Shown here in pieces: positions 25,615-32,000 of a DNA stretch of 32,000 nt. Source of the DNA: Allobaculum fili. GTDB taxonomy: Bacteria > Bacillota_I > Bacilli_A > Erysipelotrichales > Erysipelotrichaceae. The position numbers and the translations under genes were made by a program. How positions within the stretch are numbered: the stretch's first letter is position 1; every line of letters starts with the position of its first letter. The stretch is taken from positions 1 through 32,000 of the forward strand of contig NZ_JAHDSX010000027.1 of the NCBI RefSeq assembly GCF_020969955.1. Direction: 5' to 3'. Below the pieces are notes generated by a model, which saw only the letters and a program-made list of their open reading frames with translations, had not been told where the DNA came from and did not search any database.

Positions 25615-27460
25615 ATCAAATGCATCCAGACCCAGAAACCGTCGTTCGGTCTTTCGGCGTCTGCTCAACTACATGGGCAATCACCGGCTGACGTTTTTTG
25701 CGGTCGGCCTTCTGGTTACCGTTTCCGGTCTGGCCAATCTGGCTGGAACGTATATGATTCGCCCGATCGTCAATACAGCCGGCGAGGGCAATACGAACGG
25801 CGTGATCCGGCTTCTGGTGATCATGGGCGTCATTTATCTGACCGGCGTACTCAGTGCGTGGGGCTATACGCAGCTGATGGCCAAAGGCGCCCAGCAGGTC
25901 GTCAAGGAAATCCGGCACGATCTGTTTGTCCATATGGAATCTCTGCCGATCCGCGTATTCGATACGATAAAACAGGGCGATCTGATGGCGCGCTTCACTT
26001 CGGATGTCGATACAGTCAGCGATGCACTCAACAACTCGTTTGCATCCATGATTCAGAACTTCATTCAGGCATTTGGTACGCTGCTTCTGCTTTTCGTGCT
26101 CAACTGGAAGCTTTCGCTGATCGTCGCTGTATTCTACCTGTTCATGTTCGCGTACGTTCTTCTCGCCAGCAAGACGAGCCGGAAATACTTCTCTTTCCAG
26201 CAGAAATACATCGGCGCGCTGAACGGTTTTGCGCAGGAAGCCATCCACGGTCTTCGCGTCATCAAAGTATTCAATCATGAAGACGCCAGTATGGAGCAGT
26301 TTAAGAAATACGATAAGAATCTCTATGCGGCTTCGAAAAAGGCGCTGTCCTATTCGCAGACGATGGTCCCCTTTATCGTTTCTGTTTCCTATATTAATTA
26401 CGCCATTGTAGCGATTACCGGCAGCTACATGGTTCTGCAGGGTCAGGCGGACGTCGGTTCGCTGGCCAGCTATCTTGTCTTTGTTCGGCAGGCAGCAGCA
26501 CCGATTAACCAGTTCGTTTCCCAGGCAACGCTTCTGCTTTCGGCCCTTTCGGGTGCGGAGCGCATCTTTGATTTTATGGACATTGCGCCGGAAGCCGATC
26601 AGGGACACGTGACCCTCGCTTACGGAATTCAGGACGAAAATGGCAAATGGATGGAAAGTTCCATTCCGCAGAAAAACTGGGTGTGGAAACATCCGCGCCC
26701 GAACGGTTCCGTGGAATGCGTACCTCTTCGCGGGGATGTGCAATTTCGTCATGTCGATTTTGGCTATGTTCCGGAAAAGCAGATTCTTAAGGATGTTTCG
26801 CTGTTTGCCAAGCCCGGTCAGACGATTGCTTTAGTCGGTGCGACTGGCGCCGGAAAAACGACGATTACCAACCTGCTCAACCGTTTTTATGACATTTCCA
26901 AAGGAAGCATCTTGCTGGATGGCATCGACATCAAACTGATCGCCAAAGACGATCTGCGCCGGTCGATGGCCATGGTTTTGCAGGATACGCATCTGTTTGC
27001 GGGAACGATTCTCGATAACATTCGCTACGGCCGTCTGAACGCCAGCGATGAGGAAGTCATCGAGGCAGCCAAACTGGCGAATGCCGATTCCTTCATCCGT
27101 CGTCTGCCGGAAGGCTACCATACGCGTATCAGCTCCGATGGAGCGAGCCTTTCCCAGGGTCAGCGGCAGCTGCTTTCCATTGCGCGAGCAGCCATTGCAG
27201 ATCCGCCGGTGCTCGTTCTTGATGAAGCCACATCGAGCATCGATACCCGAACGGAAAAACAGATTGAAGAAGGCATGAAGCATCTGATGGATGGACGAAC
27301 GACGTTTGTGATTGCGCATCGTCTGTCGACCGTGCGCAACGCCGACTGCATTATCGTGCTCGATCAGGGAAAAATCGTTGAGCGCGGCAGCCATGAAGAA
27401 TTGCTCGAACAGAACGGCTTTTACGCCAGACTGTATAACGGCATGTTCGAACTCAGCTGA
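25604..27460 (+). CDS. ABC transporter ATP-binding/permease protein (type I exporter half-transporter, consensus-site subunit)
   Basis: ORF 25574..27460. The ATG at 25604 lies 7 nt after GGGAGGAGG and overlaps the upstream stop by 11 nt. Walker A is GATGAGKTT, Walker B is LVLDEATSS and the switch is IAHRLST, all canonical. The signature is LSQGQ, which is degenerate. Confidence 0.9.
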   Translation: MNSKSNASRPRNRRSVFRRLLNYMGNHRLTFFAVGLLVTVSGLANLAGTYMIRPIVNTAGEGNTNGVIRLLVIMGVIYLTGVLSAWGYTQLMAKGAQQVVKEIRHDLFVHMESLPIRVFDTIKQGDLMARFTSDVDTVSDALNNSFASMIQNFIQAFGTLLLLFVLNWKLSLIVAVFYLFMFAYVLLASKTSRKYFSFQQKYIGALNGFAQEAIHGLRVIKVFNHEDASMEQFKKYDKNLYAASKKALSYSQTMVPFIVSVSYINYAIVAITGSYMVLQGQADVGSLASYLVFVRQAAAPINQFVSQATLLLSALSGAERIFDFMDIAPEADQGHVTLAYGIQDENGKWMESSIPQKNWVWKHPRPNGSVECVPLRGDVQFRHVDFGYVPEKQILKDVSLFAKPGQTIALVGATGAGKTTITNLLNRFYDISKGSILLDGIDIKLIAKDDLRRSMAMVLQDTHLFAGTILDNIRYGRLNASDEEVIEAAKLANADSFIRRLPEGYHTRISSDGASLSQGQRQLLSIARAAIADPPVLVLDEATSSIDTRTEKQIEEGMKHLMDGRTTFVIAHRLSTVRNADCIIVLDQGKIVERGSHEELLEQNGFYARLYNGMFELS

Positions 27461-27496
27461 TTGTTTTTGCAATTAGTAATACAGATCTCGCATGCG

Positions 27497-27551
27497 AAAG
27501 CGGCGGTTCCATACGACTTTCCCTAGGAAAGCGTGAAACCGCCGCTTTTTT
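27497..27551 (+). terminator. Intrinsic terminator of the ABC exporter operon
   Basis: GCGGCGGTT (27500-27508) pairs with AACCGCCGC (27537-27545), followed by TTTTTT. Confidence 0.75.
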
Positions 27552-27671
27552 ACAGGATACAATGCACGGGGAAATGCTGCCGGAATGCCGGCGGCTGCGG
27601 AGAATTTCCGGAAGATTCGTTTCACACGTAGATCGGGCACGTCTTGCAAATATATACAGACGTTTAGTCCG

Positions 27672-27697
27672 GAAAAAAGCCGGTCCAGGACCGGCTA
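27672..27697 (-). terminator. Intrinsic terminator of plsY
   Basis: AGCCGGTCC/GGACCGGCT palindrome (27678-27696). On the minus strand it is followed by TTTTTT. Confidence 0.7.
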
Positions 27698-27716
27698 AAT
27701 GAGAAATCGATGAGAG

Positions 27717-28340
27717 TTAAATCCAGGTTACTTTGCTTTCCTTGCCGGCGCGAACTTTAAGAATGTTCGATTTGTGCCGGTAGATGATCAGCGCGGTCAG
27801 CATCCAGCTCCCGGCGATCAGGAGCAGATCCTGCGAATTGGTCGACCAGTTCATGGAAAGAATCTGCAGGGAACTGGCGAGTGCCGCACAGATGGAAGCC
27901 ACGGACACCCATTTGTATAAATACAGAATGATGAAGAACATCAGAAACGGAATGAGGAAATACAGTCCGTTATGGAAGACAAACAGGGAAATGCCAAACA
28001 GGAAGCCGTACATGCTGGCGACTGCCTTGCCGCCTTTGAAATGAGCAAAGATCGGATAGCAGTGACCGATGCAGCAGGCCAGTCCGCTGACCAGCGCGCA
28101 GGCCGGAGAAACGAGGGCGCCGATGCCAATGGCAGCAACAACTTTTAAGGCATCCATGAAAATGACGAGAACGCCGACCTTTTTGCCGAGAACGCGTCCC
28201 GCATTGGTACCGCCAGGATTGCCGGATCCTTTTTTACGCAGATCGGTATGGAAGAAGACTTTTCCGATGACCAGCGCGAACGGAATGGACCCCAGCAGAT
28301 AGCCGATGATAAGACAAAGAATAAACCAGAAAATTTGCAC
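27717..28340 (-). CDS. plsY: Glycerol-3-phosphate acyltransferase PlsY
   Basis: 207-aa membrane protein with GYLLGSIPFA and GSGNPGGTNAGR motifs. It uses a GTG start 7 nt after GAGGTG. Confidence 0.9.
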   Translation of the reverse strand: MQIFWFILCLIIGYLLGSIPFALVIGKVFFHTDLRKKGSGNPGGTNAGRVLGKKVGVLVIFMDALKVVAAIGIGALVSPACALVSGLACCIGHCYPIFAHFKGGKAVASMYGFLFGISLFVFHNGLYFLIPFLMFFIILYLYKWVSVASICAALASSLQILSMNWSTNSQDLLLIAGSWMLTALIIYRHKSNILKVRAGKESKVTWI

Positions 28341-28548
28341 AGATATTCACCTCTAAATATTCGTCTATCCCGATGCAGAGCATCGAATGCAGTTCCTGTT
28401 TCGAAAAGAAGCACAGGATCAAACGCGGGCAAAAGCCGACTGGAAAAGATGGCCTCCTGCTGCTTTAGACAGACAATTTACTGTACACCTATTGTATCAG
28501 TCCGAGCGATTTCTAGCCGTGCAGAAGGAAAAACAGATTTCCTGGTTT

Positions 28549-29574
28549 TCAGAGATCCTCGGGAAGAACCTGCTGCAGGACGCGAAAAACGTTTTCGCCC
28601 ATGACTTTGGCAATGTCTTCTTCACTCCAGCCCGCTTTTTCTAAGGCGTCCGCCAGCTTCTGCATCTGCGAAGCGTCTTCAATTTCGACTTTGGAGTGAA
28701 TGCCGTCAAAATCTGTACCGATCGCGCAGACGTCAATTCCGCCGGCTGCCCGCAGATGTTCAAGATGACGAATCATGTCTTCAAGCCGCGAGAGGTCTTC
28801 ATCGTTTTCCCGTAAAAAGTCGGCACAGAAATTGAGACCGATCACGCCGCCCGTTTTGGCAATGGCGCGAATCTGCTCATCGCTGAGGTTGCGGCTGACT
28901 TCGCATAACGCCCGACAGTTGGAATGAGAAGCAAGGACGGGTTTAGAGGCCATTTCCATCACATCCCAGAACGCCTTGTCTCCAAGATGCGAGACATCGA
29001 TTAAAATGCCGAGTTCTTCGCATTTGTGAACGAACTGTTTGCCGTGTTCGGTCAGTCCCTTTTCTGTTTCTACGCGAAAAAGGGGAGCCGGTTTTCGGTA
29101 ATCGACATCCGCAAGATCCGCAAAGGAAATGTTGGGGTGACCGATCGCGTTTGGATAGTTCCAGGTCAGCGCAATGAGCCGAACGCCCATGCGCTGCCAG
29201 AATTCGAGCAGGTCCAGATCCTGAAACATCACATCGCCTTCTTCCAGAGAAAGCAGAACGCCAGTTTTCGAAGAGTTTTGTAAAGCATCCAGATCCTTGC
29301 GGGTAAAGATCGGAAGCAGAAAAGCACGATGTATGTGCATCTGCTTCTGAAATTCGTTCAGCAGACGAAGCGCTTCGTGTTCGGGCTGACGGCCGTTGCC
29401 GCGATCAGTAAACAGCGCAAACGTCTGCAGCGCCACGCCGCCTTTTCGAAGTTTTTGAATATCGATGCAAAGATCGTTTTTTGCCAGAGAGGCGTCCTGA
29501 TTCTGATCGCGGCGTTCGCGCAAAGCGAGAATGGTATCGCAGTGCAGATCGCATACGGGATACGTTTTTGTCAT
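28549..29574 (-). CDS. Membrane dipeptidase (peptidase family M19)
   Basis: ORF 28549..29730. The ATG at 29574 (MTKTYPVCDLHCDT) follows GGAAAGGA. The motifs DLHCDT, LEEGD, ALTWN, VDVSHL, ASHSN and IGTDFDG are typical of M19 dipeptidases. Confidence 0.85.
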   Translation of the reverse strand: MTKTYPVCDLHCDTILALRERRDQNQDASLAKNDLCIDIQKLRKGGVALQTFALFTDRGNGRQPEHEALRLLNEFQKQMHIHRAFLLPIFTRKDLDALQNSSKTGVLLSLEEGDVMFQDLDLLEFWQRMGVRLIALTWNYPNAIGHPNISFADLADVDYRKPAPLFRVETEKGLTEHGKQFVHKCEELGILIDVSHLGDKAFWDVMEMASKPVLASHSNCRALCEVSRNLSDEQIRAIAKTGGVIGLNFCADFLRENDEDLSRLEDMIRHLEHLRAAGGIDVCAIGTDFDGIHSKVEIEDASQMQKLADALEKAGWSEEDIAKVMGENVFRVLQQVLPEDL

Positions 29575-29932
29575 GGATCGTTTTTCCTTTCCTGCCGGGT
29601 ATGAAATCGAATCGAGAGGGATATGGACCCGGCTTAAACCGTGTTCGTCTTTGATTTTAACGGCTGCACAAAAACAGGCGATCCTCTCGAAGCAAAATGA
29701 CAGAATTGTCTGAACCTGTACATTATCCAATCTCGTGTCCGTCCAAAAAGAGTTTTCCTTTTTCGAGGGGCGTGTAACGCGCTACTATATTTTCTAAAGT
29801 TTCTCTTTTGTGTTGTCCTTTCACGGACTGTACCCCGAAAAGTGGACACGAAAGAGAGGATCATCCTGGATCCTGCATATTTACAGAATTCCATAGAAAG
29901 GAAACAGTCCCTTAAGACCTTAAGAAACGCCA

Positions 29933-30487
29933 ATGTATACGATTCGATTTGCGAAAAAGGAAGAGGCCAGAAGACTTCTGGAAATTTATAGACCGTATGT
30001 GGAAAACACGGCGATTACGTTTGAGTGGGATGTACCTACCCTCGAAGAGTTTGAACACCGTATTGAAACCATTCAGAAGCACTATCCGTATCTGGTTCTA
30101 GAAGAGAAAGGCAAAATCATGGGCTACGCCTATGTCGCTCCATTTAAGGAAAGACAGGCATACGCCTGGAGTGTCGAAACCAGCATTTATCTGGATCGAA
30201 ATTCCCGTCACAAAGGGTATGGCTCCAGACTTTATGAGGCCCTCGAAGAAGAATGCCGCAAAGCTGGATTCATCAATTTTTACGCCTGTATTGCCATCCC
30301 TTCCTGTAAGGACGATCCGTATCTGAATCTGGACAGCGTTCGTTTTCATGAAGCCAGAGGATTTAAGGAGTGTGGCCGCTTTGACAACTGCGCGTTCAAG
30401 TTTGATCGTTCCTACGGCATCGTCTGGATGGAACATCGCATTCAGGACTATACGCTTCCTCCCAAACCGGTAAAGACGATCGGCTAA
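29933..30487 (+). CDS. GNAT family N-acetyltransferase (phosphinothricin/methionine-sulfoximine acetyltransferase-like)
   Basis: The 184-aa translation (IR.A...EA..LLEIY.PYVENTAITFE...PTLEEF..RI.........YLV.E..G...GYAY...FK.R.AY.WSVE.SIY.....R.KG.G..LY..LE) resembles the PAT/MddA-type GNAT subfamily. The RBS is weak. Confidence 0.8.
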   Translation: MYTIRFAKKEEARRLLEIYRPYVENTAITFEWDVPTLEEFEHRIETIQKHYPYLVLEEKGKIMGYAYVAPFKERQAYAWSVETSIYLDRNSRHKGYGSRLYEALEEECRKAGFINFYACIAIPSCKDDPYLNLDSVRFHEARGFKECGRFDNCAFKFDRSYGIVWMEHRIQDYTLPPKPVKTIG

Positions 30488-30572
30488 ACCTGCCAGTCGA
30501 AACTTTGCACAGGCAAAAGAAAGGGAAGAAAAGAAAGGGAAAAGGGAAGACAAAAAGAAAAGAGGCATAAGA

Positions 30573-30608
30573 AAAGGCTGTTCATGCAGGAATGCACGGG
30601 CAGCCTTT
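30573..30608. terminator. Hairpin between convergent genes (possible bidirectional terminator)
   Basis: AAAGGCTG (30573-30580) pairs with CAGCCTTT (30601-30608). The plus strand has an A-rich 5' side and a T-poor 3' side. On the minus strand it is followed by TTCTTATG. Confidence 0.45.
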
Positions 30609-30671
30609 GGCATTATTTTGATCTGAATAAGATTTTGTGCTGGCTTATTCTGGATGGGAAATGGATTGGAA

Positions 30672-32000
30672 TTATTCAACAACCCACCAGGCAACGCCTT
30701 CACCGAGCCATCCGCTGGAAATGAGGAATACATTTTCCTTGCGGCTTGTTGTGAAGTGGTGCGAGCCGGCCTGATCGGCGTTCGGATTGTATGTACGGAA
30801 TACAGGTACGCCTTTTCCAAGCGCGTTGGAGTACCAGGCGATGCCTTCATATTTCCAGCCGAGATCGGTAAGAACGTTCATTTCCTGCTCATCGAGCGTG
30901 AAGTGATGATCGCGGTTGTTCGGGTTGTACAGACGGTAAACCGGTTCGCTGGATGTTTCCGGGGAAACCCAGGCCAGACCTTCATCATACCAGCCGATCG
31001 CGGACAGGTAGTTTTTCTCGCGGACATCCTGAGTAAAGAGGTGTTCGCCCGTGTTCGGGTTGTAAACGCGGTAGAGGTTTACCGTTGGGCCAACTTCTTC
31101 TTCTCCGCCGGTATCCACGGTTTTGTCGAAGGTATAGGTGTAGGCAGCATCGTATTCCTCATTGGAGAGAACAATGCCGTTTTCATCGGTGTTGATTTCT
31201 TCGGTCCAGCGGCCTTTGCTCTGGTCAAAGCCTTCGAGAGCAACCATGCCGGTTGGAATGAGAGACGCATCGAGGGTACCAGCAGCGTGTGCGCCGTCAT
31301 TGGTTTTCACCATGTCCATGTCGATCTCTACGACTTTCGCATCGGCGGAACCGTCATCCCAGTTACCGTTTTCTACATGGAAAGCCACTTTGCCGGACGG
31401 TACGTCCAGTTCGAGACCGGTCTGGTCAATTACGCCGGTGAAGCGAATCGGAACGATCAAGGCCATCCAGGGATCCAGGTCAATGTTTCCGTGGAAGGTT
31501 GAGGTGCTCAGAATCGCCTGACCGCCTTTCTGGAAGTTTTCGTCCTTAATGAAGAGCGCGCCTTCTGGAGAGTAGGCATGGATTGTTTTCGGCTGTGTTG
31601 TTTTGTCGTCATCGAGCGTCTTGCAGGATACTTTGCCTGTTCCGTTTTCGTTGATTTCAAAGCGAACGGTGATTGTACCGGTCGTCGCATCATAAGAAGC
31701 CTGGGTACATTTCATGAACTTGAAGAAGCCTTCGGCAGCTGCGCCGCTTCCTTCTTCAAATACCTTCTGCCATGCCGATGTGTCGCAGAGAATGTCTTCG
31801 TTTACCGATACGATTTCCGGATTGATCTGGAACGTATAGGTGTAGCTTCCCTTGAGGGATTTTGTGTAAAACTGAGGTTTGCTGTTGGCCATGATGTACG
31901 CCAGACGGAAGGTTCTGTAGCTGTTCCATACGTTGGTCATGTCCAGATCGCCGCCGATCTGCACCTGACTCTGACCTTTACCTGGCTGATAGAGCAGGGA
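30672..32000 (-). CDS. Secreted/cell-surface repeat protein, 5'-truncated by the window edge
   Basis: The reading frame stays open from 31964 to position 32000 (…SLLYQPGKGQSQVQIGGDLD…), so the gene starts outside the window. The C-terminal ~135 aa consist of three ~45-aa repeats: YR(V/L)YNPN..(E/D)H(L/H)FT....E...L...GW..EG(L/I/V)AW. Confidence 0.7.
   Translation of the reverse strand, partial: SLLYQPGKGQSQVQIGGDLDMTNVWNSYRTFRLAYIMANSKPQFYTKSLKGSYTYTFQINPEIVSVNEDILCDTSAWQKVFEEGSGAAAEGFFKFMKCTQASYDATTGTITVRFEINENGTGKVSCKTLDDDKTTQPKTIHAYSPEGALFIKDENFQKGGQAILSTSTFHGNIDLDPWMALIVPIRFTGVIDQTGLELDVPSGKVAFHVENGNWDDGSADAKVVEIDMDMVKTNDGAHAAGTLDASLIPTGMVALEGFDQSKGRWTEEINTDENGIVLSNEEYDAAYTYTFDKTVDTGGEEEVGPTVNLYRVYNPNTGEHLFTQDVREKNYLSAIGWYDEGLAWVSPETSSEPVYRLYNPNNRDHHFTLDEQEMNVLTDLGWKYEGIAWYSNALGKGVPVFRTYNPNADQAGSHHFTTSRKENVFLISSGWLGEGVAWWVVE

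Overview
This is a 32 kb chromosomal segment. Hand counts of a few 60-nt lines give about 53-55% GC in core genes. The signals are Bacillota (Firmicutes)-type: GGAGG-class RBSs, a hisS-aspS operon, plsY, a CIRCE/HrcA-type operator and many stem-loop plus T-run terminators. I can support about 21 protein-coding genes. They are: a FeoB-associated-like small Cys-rich membrane protein; an M29 aminopeptidase; a DUF2812 membrane protein with a very long disordered N-terminus; a C_GCAxxG_C_C redox-type protein; two acidic hypothetical proteins; a MarR regulator downstream of a frameshifted MATE efflux gene; DAHP synthase; HtpG; a YhhQ-type queuosine-precursor transporter with a divergent Tgt; a BspA-type LRR / InlB-B-repeat surface protein; an orphan TIR-domain protein; AspRS; HisRS with a His-rich tail; a heterodimeric ABC exporter with one degenerate ATP site; PlsY; an M19 dipeptidase; a GNAT acetyltransferase; and a 5'-truncated secreted repeat protein at the right edge. 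I saw no rRNA, tRNA, CRISPR array, transposase or integrase. The most interesting locus is a lower-GC islet at about 15.5-19.8 kb, between tgt and aspS. It carries the surface protein and, as its own monocistronic unit, the TIR-domain protein (18483-19544, minus strand), which is fused to an uncharacterised C-terminal domain of about 200 aa. No known partner gene (ThsA, SAVED, STING, Ago) is present. I read it as a candidate stand-alone NAD+-targeting immune effector, or alternatively a host-interaction effector. Secondary observations are: a promoter with two TCCGA/TCGGA palindromes in front of the broken MATE-marR unit; CIRCE on htpG; a long unexplained leader before yhhQ; unusual active-site context in Tgt; an attenuator-like hisS leader; and several short repeat or low-complexity DNA features. 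All homology statements come from reading the translations by eye; no database search was run.
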